DNA of 63,144 bases, counting the filler, from Octopus bimaculoides (Eukaryota), in NCBI RefSeq assembly GCF_001194135.2. It is 6 parts of 6 records of this genome, joined end to end, with 100 filler letters (N's around TTAATTAATTAA, not from the genome) between each part and the next. Parts side by side here need not be neighbours in the genome. Positions count along the whole stretch, not along the records: positions 46,613 to 52,732 come from NC_068983.1; positions 52,833 to 61,483 come from NC_068985.1; positions 61,584 to 63,144 come from NC_068992.1; 3 more parts are not named here. One strand, 5' to 3'. A program made the translations under genes and the position numbers. The notes under the pieces are model-generated. The model had not been told where the DNA came from. It ran no database searches and saw nothing but the letters and a program-made list of their open reading frames with translations. How positions within the stretch are numbered: position 1 is the first letter of the stretch; every line of letters begins with the position of its first letter. Shown piece by piece: positions 50,151-63,144 of the stretch.

Positions 50151-50358
50151 ATAAGGCAGCGAGCTGGCAGAAACTTTAGCACGCCGGGCGAAATGCTTAG
50201 AGATATTTCGTATGTCTTTACGTTCTGAGTTCAAATTCCACAGAAGGCAACTTTGCCTTTCAGGGTCGCTAAATTAAGTACCAGTTGCGTACTGGGGTCG
50301 ATTTAATCGACTGGCCCCCTCCCCACAAAATTTAGGCCTTTGTGCTTAGGATAGAAAA
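50151..50358 (+). mobile_element. tRNA-derived SINE with 16-bp TSD
   Basis: ggtatatcagtcagct at 50135-50150 and 50359-50374. Confidence 0.85.
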
Positions 50359-51510
50359 GGTATATCAGTCAGCTCTGAGGTATCACACAACAAAACACCA
50401 CTCTCCAAAGTTTACTACCGAGGGCCCTCGGGATCAACGGATAATTAAAGGTACTTTTTGGTTATCTCACATCCATTAATAAATTGCCATTAAAAAACGG
50501 GGTTACCTCCCCACTTAAAAAATCGAGTTTATGTGGCGACAAGAGATTGGATTAAAAGGGTTTAGATCTTTTTGATTCAATACTTCAACACATTGTTGAC
50601 GTTTAGCCTCCTCAATCAGCATGATTCGTTATAAAAATGTTTCAGATCCAGTAAGATGTTTAATTTTTTCAGTTTTCATGTTTATTAATCTTTTCCATTT
50701 TGTATGATTTGTTTTAAAATATTATCAGGTTCAATAAGATGTTTAATCCTTTCACTTTTCATGTTTACTCTTTTACTCTTTTACTTGTTTCAGTCAAAGA
50801 GACCGATAGAATAAGTACTAGGCTTACAAAGAATAAGCTCTGGGGTTGATTTACCCGACTAAAGGCGGTGCTGCAGCATGGCCACAGTCAAATGACTGAA
50901 ACAAGTAAAAGAGAGTAAACGAAGGCGGCGAACTGGCAGAATAGTTAGTGCGTCGAACAAAATTCATATCACATTTCTCCCGGCTTTTTACGGTTACCTT
51001 TATGTTCTGTCCTTTAGGGTCGATAAAATAAGTAAAAGTCGAACACAAGGATCGATGTAATAGACTTACAAACACCCTCAAGATTCGAAACCATTATTAA
51101 CGAAGACACTCGGCAAAGACAACATAAGCGAAAACACAATTCTACATAATTCTTCCGAATTTCATTCCCGAAGTTTCCAGTCAATTCTTATGGTTTCGTA
51201 ATTGTTTGATCACGTGACTGCACATCGAATCCATGAATGGCGTATGTCGTCACCTTTCATTTCGAGATGTCAAGTTGTTATTAATTTTAGATAGCGCACA
51301 AATGATAATGACATATTTCATATATAAATCAATATTAAATTCATATTAGCATTTATATAGATTGCTAATTCCGACTGCTTCATCATCGAAATTATTCAAG
51401 ACGTAAATCTTTGACATTTTCCGAAGTCTAAAAAGTTATATAATAATTTTTTGGCTCATTTATTTTTCAGTTTTACCAGATTGGCATAAATTATGTTGTT
51501 GTGTGTTGCG

Positions 51511-51612
<102 letters not shown>

Positions 51613-51730
51613 TATGTACGTATATATATGTATGTTATGTATGTATATATACATATATATATGTGTGTGTGTATATGTATATGTATGTATATGTATGTAT
51701 ATATATGTATGTATATGAATTATGTATATG

Positions 51731-51816
<86 letters not shown>

Positions 51817-52556
51817 CATACATACATATATATATATATATATCTGTGTGTGTGTGTGTGCGTGTGTGTGTGTCAATGTTTGTATGTACAAACATAGACA
51901 CACGCACAAACACACGCGTTAATAAATCCGTTCCATGCCGTAGACATCATGTACGTCTGTCTATGTCTGCCATGTTGTCTGTTGTCAATCGATGGTGTTT
52001 ATTGCTTGCGTAATTAGATTTCTAGCGCAAACTTACCTTAACTTTTCAATGTGAGCATGTCTCTTTACAATTCATAGATTTATTTGCTTCGAGATCTGTT
52101 GTTCTAAAAGAGAATTTTTACGTCCTCTCGAACTTTCCAAACTCTTATGACGTCAGCAACATACAGTGCTCGCTGGTAAGAATAAAGTTTCTTAGATGGT
52201 TAGAGAGATATGGACTACTTTGCTCCAATGGTAGAACGCCTGTCATGTTTACAGAAGATGAGGTTTGAGTCTCATATGCAGCCTTCGGTTTGTATTTTTT
52301 TCCTTTATCAAAATAGGTTTTTCAGCCCAATACTTGCAAGCTGTTATATACCACTCTACAGGGTATTAACCGGAGAAATCGACCCCAGGAATTATTCTTT
52401 GTAAGCCTAATTCTTATTCTATCGGTCACTTTGCAGAACCGCTAAGTTACGGGGCCATAAACACACTAGCATCGGTAGTCAAGCGATGGCGTGTGGACAA
52501 ACACATACACATACTCACACACATGCACACACTCACATACACACAGAAATACACAA

Positions 52557-52588
<32 letters not shown>

Positions 52589-52832
52589 CATATATCATAT
52601 ATTATATATATATTCTTCCAGTTTCCATGTACCAGGCTATAGTAGAAGACACTTGCCCACATTGCCACTCGGTGGGACTGAACCCAGAACCATGTGGTTG
52701 GGAAGAAAGCTTACCACAGAGCCACGCCTGGTNNNNNNNNNNNNNNNNNNNNNNNNNNNNNNNNNNNNNNNNNNNNTTAATTAATTAANNNNNNNNNNNN
52801 NNNNNNNNNNNNNNNNNNNNNNNNNNNNNNNN

Positions 52833-52870
<38 letters not shown>

Positions 52871-53322
52871 TTTTCTACTCTAGGCACAAGGCCCGAAAGT
52901 TTGGGGGAGGGGTCAGTCGATTAGATTGATCCCAGTACGCAACAGTCCCCCCACCGATAATTGTCCTTGGGGGATTATTGTCCATGGGAGGTAAATGTTC
53001 GAGGCTCATTCTCATAGCTCAAACTTACTCTTAACTGCATCGTCCACAATCTCTATTTTTAATTAATTAAAACCTCGCGTTTGTTTTTGAATCCAGCTTT
53101 TCTTTTTTTTACCCGAATTATTAATTAAACTTATGATATTTTGCCTAATCACGCGAGTAATTGTAATTAATTTTAATATATTAATGAATTAAATTTCTAT
53201 GCTGACTGCATTGTTTACTTTTTGGTATAAATATACGTACATATATATGTGAACGTACGCGAGAGTGTGTAAGTACGTGTGAGTGTGTATGCGTGTATGT
53301 TACACTCCTTCACTTTGTGTGT

Positions 53323-53354
<32 letters not shown>

Positions 53355-53403
53355 AAACTCTCGCGCGCGCGCACATTAATGTTTTTCCTGTCAAGTTGTA
53401 ATA

Positions 53404-54658
53404 TTAGGTTGTTCCGAAAACAATGGTCGCTCCAAGTTGTGTTTTGAAACGCAATTTTATCATAGTATTTTAATCATATTTCAGGTGAATTTCGACATGC
53501 TTAATAATTGATGTATGCTCTTTAATAATTTTCTACTTATTCCAAACAGAAAACATTCTTGAAGTATAGGCGCCCTTAATTATGAACATGACAAAAAGGA
53601 CCTTCGCTTACTTTTCTTGCATGAATTCAAGCATGAGTTCAATGCCTCCCAAACTGCTGCCAATATCAACAGAGCGTGGGGAGAGGGGTCCACAAATGAT
53701 CACACAGTACAAAGGTGGTTTCAGAAATTCCGTAGTGATGATGAGAGCCTTGAAGATGAAGAAGGTAGAGGACGGTCGTGCAGTCTTGACAATGAACAAT
53801 TGAAATATTGAACAAGACCCACGTCAAAGTGTCAGAGAAATGTCTCAAGCACTTGGTGTCGGTATTGCAACGGTCTCACGCAATCTGCAGAAGATTGGTA
53901 AGGTGAAAAAGCTCGATAAATGGCTCAATGAAAATCAAAAAGTTCGGCGTTTTGATTGATGCTCTTTCTGTGAAACACCAATGATCCTTTTCTTGACCGA
54001 ATAGTCACTTGTGACAAAAAGTGGGTCCTTTATGATAACCGAAAACGATCAGGTCAATGGCTTGATCGTGATGTGTCCCCCAAACATTTCCCAAAGCCAA
54101 AGTTGCATCAACAAAAGATTATGGTGACTGTCTGGTGGTCTTCAATTGGTGTTGTCCATTACAACTTTCTGGAAGCCAATCAGAGCATTACAGCAGATGC
54201 TTACTGCAATCAACTCACTGAAATGCATGCTCACTTGCAAAAACTGAGGCTTGCATTGGTGAGTCGGCGTGGCCCAATTCTGCTCCACGATAATGCAAAG
54301 TCACATGTTGCAAGAATGACGCTGCAGAAACTCACAGACTTGGGACACAAGACTTTACCACATCCTTTATATTCTCCTGATCTTTCATCCACTGACTACA
54401 ATTTTTTAAAACATTTAAACATGTTTTTAAGCGATAGAACTTTCAGGTCCAAACCAGAGGTGGAATCAGCTTTCAAAGATTTCTTAGCATCAAAGTCAAT
54501 AACTTTTTATCAACGAGGCATAAATAATCTCGTTGATCGATGACAGAGATGCATAGATGTTCATGGCTCATACTTTGACTAATCAAAATATTTCTATTGC
54601 TAATTTTTCCAGAATAAAATTGTTTCTGAAATCGGCCATTATTTTCCGAACAACCTAA
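53404..54658 (+). mobile_element. Full-length (1255 bp) mariner transposon, Hsmar1/SETMAR-like, transposase inactivated
   Basis: TIR ttaggttgttccgaaaacaatgg / ccattattttccgaacaacctaa; 5' TA; frameshifted transposase ~53582-54580 with TVQRWFQKF, IVTCDKKWVLYDN, LLHDNA, PHPLYSPDLSSTDY motifs. Confidence 0.93.
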
Positions 54659-54688
54659 TTTAATATTAAACAGAAAAATTACTCAATA

Positions 54689-54759
<71 letters not shown>

Positions 54760-54931
54760 GGGTTGGGGTAGTGTACATATTCTTTCAGTCTTACACTAGT
54801 TTAAGCTAGAGTGTTGTGACTATGGTGGGGCGCCACCAATAAAATGTAGTAACAGCTTCTGGATGCCGAAACATGTTTATCAAAGTTTTAGAACAGAAGA
54901 AGTATGCATACATGCATATATACAGATTGAT

Positions 54932-55012
<81 letters not shown>

Positions 55013-55681
55013 GAGAGAGATGGATAGATAAACGTACGCACACATAGATTCTCCCTTCTAGAATTCCATTTACGCCATTATTTTTTCTTTCCTCTTTATT
55101 TCCTTCTCTCACTTTCCCAACCTCTCTCCCTCCCTTTCTCTCTCTCTCTCTTTTAATTTCTTCCTTACATTCTTTCTTTCCTAATTTCAACTTTTGTCCC
55201 ATTCTCCCTCCTTCCCATTCTCCTTCAATCTCCCTCTTTAGTTTTCTCCACTTCGGTCATTCCATCATAAAAACTTTCTTTGTTTCTTACTACTTTCTTT
55301 TGTATGTCCCTTTCTTTCCTTCTTTCTTTCATTTTTCTTTCTTTCTTTCTTTTTTCTTTCTTTTTTCTTTCTTTCTTTCTTTCTTTCTTTCTTTCCGCCT
55401 TTTCTTTCTTTCTTTCCCTCACTCTACCTATCCTTCTTTCCTGTCTTCCATTCTTCCTATTATTCAGTTTTCATTTCATTCGCTCTTTCTACAGGGTTTA
55501 GCTCTCATTTGAAACATATATGCCTTTTTTATGTTTGTTTTCTTTTTTCACACAATGAGGTCATTCTTCTCGTATTTCTAGAAAAGTACCGAAACAAATT
55601 TTCTTCCCTTTTCCTTTTCACTATCCCACTTCTCTCTCTCTCTCTCTCTTTTATTACACGCCAACCTTCTCTTTCAGTGAA

Positions 55682-55784
<103 letters not shown>

Positions 55785-56460
55785 TGCACGCACGCATAGA
55801 AACACGATATCTTATAGAGCGCGCTTTTCAAAATTTTCAGTTCTACAGTCCTATTTCTGGCAGTCACACTCTGATATGAGTACCAACACCAAAGAACTAT
55901 CACAACTCCCCGATAAGAAGCTATAACAAATATAGAAATGGATACGTTTGCTGCTTCTGGCTTTCATATTTAATGTGTGTGTGTGGCATAGCATATTTGT
56001 GTGATGCTTCAGATAGTGCAATTTTCAAGGTTAGTATCATTTCTATATAAGCGATAATTACAATGACTTAACTATATCAATGGAAGACATCAAGACTCCA
56101 AAACCAAGGAGTGAAACCTCAGACTAAGTTTCAAAGGCTTCTATGGGTGCAGCTTGATCATCACAAAAAAAAACGACTAAGTGTATAAACATCGTAAAGG
56201 ACCAGCAATCAATAATGGAACAAGAGACAATTGCAATAGTCTAGTAGAAGTAGAAACGACAATGGAAAAAGGAGAAACTACACACGGACACACATACTCA
56301 TACACAAACACACCCACTCACAGTGAGACATTTACATGTTGGTCAACTGATCTCTTCAGTAATTGTTGTTTTTGTTGTTTAACCTCCTCAACTCAGACCT
56401 ATTTTCAAAACCAACAAGAGCCGTCTCGTCTTTTTATATACGAGGAATGAATTTTTGTTT

Positions 56461-56496
<36 letters not shown>

Positions 56497-56499
56497 GGA

Positions 56500-56805
56500 G
56501 CGCTCCGTCGGTTACGACAACGAGGGTCCCAGATGATATGATCAACGGAATAGCTTGCTCGTGAAATTAACGTGCAAGTGGCTGAGTACTCCACAGACAC
56601 GTATACCCTTAACGTAGTTCTCAGGGAGATTCAGCGTGACACAGAGTGTGACAAAGCTGTCCCTTTGAAATACAGGTACTGCTCATTTTTGCCAGCTGAG
56701 TGCACTGGAGCAACATGCTCAAGGACACAAGGCGTCGCCGGGAATTGAACTCACGATCTTACGATCGTGAACCAAATGCTCTAACCACTAAGCCACGCGC
56801 CTTCA
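56500..56805 (-). mobile_element. tRNA-derived SINE (same family as 20313-20720)
   Basis: Reverse complement shares the head and the gtgctcagccacttgcacgttaatttcacgagc body. Confidence 0.8.
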
Positions 56806-59800
56806 CACACACACACACACACACGCACACATATATATGAATGTATGTATGTATCTGTTTATGTATGTTTGTGTACGTGTATGCATGTATAATATGTATA
56901 TACAAATTCACATTCACGTACACGCGCACACACACTCACACAGACACACAGACACACACACATTATAGTTTATAAGCGACTCTACTACATGTGATAAGTA
57001 TGCATATGTGTGTGTGTGTGTGTGTGTGTGTGTATACACACACACATTATTTCCTTTGCATGACAAATCTAGTGATAATCTTATCTTACTCTATATTTTT
57101 TTTCAATCTTATTATTTCTCATTATGATACACTTTCACTTATCTTTCGTTAAAGTATTTATTACTTATCTTTCTTCGTAACCGGAAACGGAACCTTAATG
57201 TTTATTATTCCAATAATTTCCTTTTCCATAGAATATCTCACAATCTAGAGTAACTGTCTTAAATAGATTAGATATCCTCGAAAATCATTCACCTTCTTTT
57301 AGAATCAACATTTGCGCTCATAGGCTAATGTTTTCTTTTCCGATTATCATAAAGTTGAAGTTCTCTATAGATTTGGGCGCCTCTGTATAAGGGACTTCCA
57401 ATCTCTTGTTTGCTATATTTTCTAGTCTTTTATAGTAGTCTTTATAACCATCCAGCCTCCATCTCTTCCTCCTTACAATAACTCTATGATGTGATATTAC
57501 TGCTTGAAGCTCCTGGTAGGTACAGTGCTGTAGGAGAACAACCCCTCGGTCTCTCAGTCATTGTCGGTCTTAGTTATTGGTGGTACTAAGGGACGAAGCA
57601 GTTTCGCTTGCATCTGCACTGCCTATTATCACATCTGTGACCGATTGTAATCTAGAAGTGGTAGTAAAAGCAGCCGCAGTCATCATTTCTAGGGTTTACT
57701 GTTGTTCTTACTGTTTCTACTATTACCACATGCGGTTCGTTTATTCTGCTTTTCATCTTCCTCTCACTTTACTACCACATGTGTAGCAATTGGCCTTTCT
57801 TTCCTCCATCCTAATTGGCTTTTTCTCTGCTCTCTTAATAAGATACAACTCTATTAAAGACGTGATATTTAGGATGATTAGAACTTACATACAACAGTAG
57901 CCGTTCGACAGAAAACTGTTCGATAAAGCGCAGATAGTGAGCAATAACATGCAAGACGATTTTGCTGCCCAGCATATCTCGGATACGTTCGGCTGTTGTC
58001 ACTTCCGTGCCCGTATAGTATTTTTTTTAAAATAAGTAATTGCAATGCTAAGGACTTTGGGAAATTGTCCATAGTCTCTGACATCCGTTGGAAGAGATTA
58101 TTTAGACTGTTGTTGTTTTTTTATCTTTAATTAAGAGCGGATGTCAGTGCGCATGGCCCGTTGCAATGACTCCGAGACTTGTGGGAAAAGAGGAGCAATA
58201 TGTCTTCGAAACAGAAAGCTGGCCCGAGTGCTTCCNNNNNNNNNNNNNNNNNNNNNNNNNNNNNNNNNNNNNNNNNNNNNNNNNNNNNNNNNNNNNNNNN
58301 NNNNNNNNNNNNNNNNNNNNNNNNNNNNNNNNNNNNNNNNNNNNNNNNNNNNNNNNNNNNNNNNNNNNNNNNNNNNNNNNNNNNNNNNNNNNNNNNNNNN
58401 NNNNNNNNNNNNNNNNNNNNNNNNNNNNNNNNNNNNNNNNNNNNNNNNNNNNNNNNNNNNNNNNNNNNNNNNNNNNNNNNNNNNNNNNNNNNNNNNNNNN
58501 NNNNNNNNNNNNNNNNNNNNNNNNNNNNNNNNNNNNNNNNNNNNNNNNNNNNNNNNNNNNNNNNNNNNNNNNNNNNNNNNNNNNNNNNNNNNNNNNNNNN
58601 NNNNNNNNNNNNNNNNNNNNNNNNNNNNNNNNNNNNNNNNNNNNNNNNNNNNNNNNNNNNNNNNNNNNNNNNNNNNNNNNNNNNNNNNNNNNNNNNNNNN
58701 NNNNNNNNNNNNNNNNNNNNNNNNNNNNNNNGGTTCAATGATTTTCGAAGGTCATAAGGGTTTGTATGCCCAGTGAGATTTCGCCCGACTAATTATCACC
58801 CTGGACACTTCGGCACTCAACAGCTGTCCACACCGTGCTAGAAAGCTGGTGACAAGCATCTAAAACATTTCGGCATGGGTGTATGGGTAGGCGTGTGATG
58901 TACCGCCTCGACCTACCTTTTCGCCCGACCATCAGATTTTTAAAAACTAGGCACACATTTCCGAGACTCTTCTTTTGATCTATGGACGAGATGTTGCTCT
59001 AAACTTCAGCTACAGCCAGGCCTAACTGTTCCTTCGTGGATACGAAAAAAAAAAAAAAATCTCTCTGTCTTTGGCGATACACATGTAGGTGATTTTCCTT
59101 TTTCCTCTTTCTTGAATAAAAGTCTTATTTTTTATATTTACAGTATATTGCCAAACATATTTTTGCACGCACTTAGTTCATAGTGAACAATTTTCCCGTT
59201 GTTACCCGTGCTTTCCTTATTTGGAGAGAAAAGCGTTTGTGCACGTGCATTGTTGTTGTTAAGCATGTCGTCAATTTCGCTAATATTTACACTAAAAAGA
59301 CTGGTATTATCATTATTTTTTGGCAAAAGCATATTTTCTTCATCAATATTTTTGTTCAGTTTAGTCTCTTTTTCTATTTTTGTGTCTTTTTGTGTGCAAA
59401 AAGTCGGGGCTTTTTTTCTATTCTGGGGTTGTGTTTCACTGGTATATTTTTGTTGAATGAACGCAAAGGCGGATATATCCGCTCAAAATTTTATTACCAT
59501 TAACTGCGGAAAGCGGTTTTAACCCTCCCCTCAAGATTTTATAACCGTTAACTGCAGAAAGTACTTTTAACCCTTCTCGCCTTATGCTGCGAGAAGCGGA
59601 GATAGTTCTATTAACACTCTTTACAGAAAGTAATTTTTCAGATTTAAAAAAATTGTTCTCACATATTTCATTAAATACCTTTTTACAGAGCAAGAATCAA
59701 ACACTTTTAGTGGTGAATATAAAAATCATACACACAGGAGATAAATCACTGCAGAAGCAGAAAATATCAGTTCAATTTTGGGGATGGATAGTTAACTTAA

Positions 59801-60344
59801 TTACAGGAATGACCATGAAATATAATTATGCTCTCAAATGTTTAACATAAGAAGCTGTTCCGAAATTCTTTCATAAATATTTTTTGCTGTTATAAGCGAG
59901 AAAAATTAAAAAGAACCTGACCGCTTACCCTTCTTGATTTAAATGCAAACGAATTAAAATAGAAATGAACATCCATAACAAAGGTAAATAAAAAGATGTC
60001 AACCAACAGCAAAAAACAGCAAGAATAATAATGGTATAGGAAAATAGGTTATACATCATTAGATGTACACCTGACTTTCCTATATTAAATTAGGTATTGA
60101 ACGGAACGCTGAACTCCAGACTATCAACACAAACAATATTTATTCATGGTGGAAAATATACATCTTTAATCTTGTTTGTTGAGACGTCTTCGGTGTGTGA
60201 GAACATGGTTGTTGGGACGTTGGTATATTGATGTGAGCTGTCTAGCGTGAGTTCGAAAGATGGAGAGACAGCTAGACACGTATTTGATCAATCGCTGGCC
60301 AGCAAGAAAAGAGATCGATCAAAGCGGGAAAGCTTGGTTGTTGA

Positions 60345-60390
60345 ATTCCACGCATGCGTGAGACTACGCATGCGCACGGCGTTACTACAA
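60345..60390. promoter_or_regulatory. Putative promoter with paired NRF1/EWG-like GCATGCG sites
   Basis: acgcatgcgt (60350-60359) and tacgcatgcgca (60365-60376) in unique CpG-enriched DNA, followed by actacaa; motif-level evidence only. Confidence 0.3.
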
Positions 60391-61220
60391 TGGTTTCAAA
60401 TATTGACACAGGGCCTGCAATTTTAAAGAGAGGAGTTAATCGATACCATAGATCCCAGTGTTTGACTGGTACTTTATATTATAGACCCTGGAGGGATGAA
60501 ATGTATAGTTGATCCTGACGGAATATTAATTCAGAACTTATTGAATTTGAAGAAGAACCACCAGACATTTTTTACAACGCTCGAACAATTCTGCCAGCTT
60601 CACCGCTTTTAATAGTTGTTTTAAATTTTGGTGCAAGGCCGGCAATTTTATTGGGAGGTCGATAACGTTGACCCCATTGACTTGTACTTTATTTTATAAA
60701 CTTCGAAAGTATGAAAGACAATGCTGACCACGGCGGGATTTGAACTTAAAATTTAAAAGAACCAAAATATGATTGAGAAAAGCATTCCACCCACCCCCGA
60801 GATGTTCTAAAAGTTTTGCCAGCTCGCCGACTTCACAATAATCCATTATACAACAGGGCCAAGGCCTGAAATTTTATTGGTGTCTCATCGATTACATCGG
60901 CTCCATTGTTCAATTGGTACTTATTTTATCGACCCTGAAAGGATTTAGGCAAAGTCGACCTCTGCAGAATTTGAGCTCAGAACATAAAGCCAGAAGAAAT
61001 GCAGCTAAGCATTTTGTCCAGCATGCCTACGATTCTACCGGTTTTCCACCTTTGCAGACTTAATAATAATGATAATAGGTTCAAATTTTGGCGCAAGGTA
61101 TAGTCGATACCATCGACTCTAATATTTGACTGGTACTCTATTTTATCGACTCCAAAAAGATAAAAGACAAAGCTAGCTACGGCAAGATTTGAACTCAGAA
61201 CGTAGAGAGCCGGAAGAAAC

Positions 61221-61477
61221 TGTGGTATGACGTCAGTGTCTGGGGAGGCTGACCGGAAGGGCGAGTTGACCGGAAGAGGAAAAAGGGCAGAGGGAACCTC
61301 GATCGGGATTCGTGCCCTTTTTCGAACGGGGTCGCGGACAGGACAAGACGTGTCTAGTGACGGTCTAGGTTTGGGTCGGGGCAAGCTTCAAGGATTGGAT
61401 ACCGCAAGACAGACTCGCAGTCGACGAAAGGAAAACCGAGGTAAGGCGATTACATCTACTCGTACGCACACACCACA
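61221..61477. mobile_element. Solo LTR (257 bp) of a Gypsy- or BEL-type retrotransposon inserted in a SINE
   Basis: TG...CA ends with a 6-bp inverted repeat tgtggt/accaca; exact 5-bp TSD gaaac at 61216-61220 and 61478-61482; GC-rich relative to flanks. Confidence 0.85.
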
Positions 61478-62964
61478 GAAACANNNNNNNNNNNNNNNNN
61501 NNNNNNNNNNNNNNNNNNNNNNNNNNNTTAATTAATTAANNNNNNNNNNNNNNNNNNNNNNNNNNNNNNNNNNNNNNNNNNNNTATATATATATATATTC
61601 GTGAGAAATAAAATCTAGGTGATCACCTCAGTAGCACTTCATGCTGGAGCATGGCTAGCAAAGTTTTCAAACAGTAATATAAAACAGCATTTTTAATATA
61701 CAGATGTAAGTAATATGGCGAAATTTTTGTAACAAATATATATTTTTAGGCTTAGTAGTGTCGTTAGTGTCGAACAAAATGCTTTGAGTTATTTCAATTA
61801 CGTACCTTTGCGTTCTGAATTCAAGATTCACTGATGTCTACTTGTTTTTTGTTTTGTTTTTGTTTTGTTTTTTTATACTTCCGAGTTCAATAACATGAAG
61901 TATTAATTGAATACTGGATCGATCTGATCGACTACAACCCTCTGTTAATTTTGAAGTATTGTTCTTCACTTAGAAATCGATATTGATTTCTTACACTAAT
62001 ACATCGTCACTAATTTCTTGAGGATAGATCCAATCAATTGAATTAATTCCAATACAGTCTTGCTATTTATTTTATCGAACTCCGAAGATATGAAATACAA
62101 AGATGATACGAACAGTGGTCTTAATTTTTGTTCCGTCCTTTGCTTGTTTCAATCACTGGACTGCAGCCATGCTAGGATACTGTCTTGAAAGATTTAGTTG
62201 GACAAATCAACCACAGTTCTTATGTTTCTAAGTCTGGTACTTATTTTATCGATCGTTTTAACCGAACTGCTACGTTACGGAAACATAAACGAACCAGCAC
62301 CAGTTGTTAATTGATAGTGAAGCATAAACACGAAGACACACACATATACGAACGTAAATACATACATAGCCACACGCACACACACACACACACACACATA
62401 CATGCACATACACACACACATACATGCACATACACACACACATACATGCACATACATACACATACACACTTACACAACACCTCAAAAGCTTCATACTTGC
62501 CGTGCCAGCCAACTTAAGTCAATGACACACAACTTCACTCGTTCACTCTATCTCTCTTTCTCACCCTCTTTCTCTCTCACATACACACACACACACACGT
62601 CCATTTCATATATCTTTCAATTTCTGCTCTCTGCAAATAAAATTTTAACATATACAACTGCTTACAAAAATTGGGATTAATGGATAATTTCTTTATATGT
62701 TCATAATTAAATAAATGTCTTAATGATTAAACAGATGTTCAATAGAATAGCTCTTAGAAACAGAGTACGTACAAATTCTTTCTTCACAACTCCTGAAGCC
62801 CTTTTCTGACAGGGGTGTGAAATCTTCATACAGCTAGAGGCCCCAATCGAAACAGGGGACCCGAAACGATAAGGTTGAGAAACGCTGTTATAGATTATGC
62901 CTAACCTAAAACGATCATAGCCACATCATCCAAACAGACCGAGTGAAACCGGGTTTAGCTGCTA

Positions 62965-62996
<32 letters not shown>

Positions 62997-63144
62997 CGCT
63001 CTCTCCCACTGAAGACGACGTATGAGGGTTCAGCTATTTTGCCGAACGACCTGTACAAATGATATGTTGATAGGGATCAAATGTCCGTGCCGTACTTTAG
63101 CTTCCTCCCTCCCTCCACCAAATCGACGTTGTCTGAACAGATGT

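Noticed and set aside
53582-54580. Mariner transposase as a domesticated SETMAR-like gene
   Set aside because: Both TIRs are present, the frame has several frameshifts and stops, and there is no SET domain or splice connection: a dead transposon copy.
57200-58090. Possible L1/Tx1 ORF1 with CCHC knuckle on the minus strand (NCYTCGSK)
   Set aside because: The His and last Cys are missing and there are many stops; too decayed to call.
60977-61384. 135-aa ORF
   Set aside because: Spans a solo LTR and SINE fragments; an accidental open frame.

Overview
Repeat-dense, AT-rich metazoan genomic DNA with many N-gaps and microsatellites. The tRNA-derived SINE families resemble those of octopus (inference, no search run). 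One protein-coding gene is well supported: a two-coding-exon MANBAL/UPF0239 gene on the minus strand (31996-31868 joined to 17342-17232, 79 aa) with a ~14.5 kb intron. That intron hosts an intron-containing tRNA-Lys(UUU) gene and several fold-back elements. The rest is transposon debris: L1/Tx1, RTE, CR1-group and R4/Dong LINEs, Penelope-like ends, Tc1, a full-length mariner, a hAT transposase relic, MITEs, a Helentron-type HINE, a solo LTR and many SINEs. The most unusual signal is a set of minimal, Penelope-type hammerhead-ribozyme-like motifs with one shared architecture. Several carry a recurrent A6-to-U core change, and one sits in each unit of a 152-bp tandem/inverted array that looks like a retrozyme. 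Activity and novelty cannot be established from sequence alone. Coordinates of decayed repeats are approximate.
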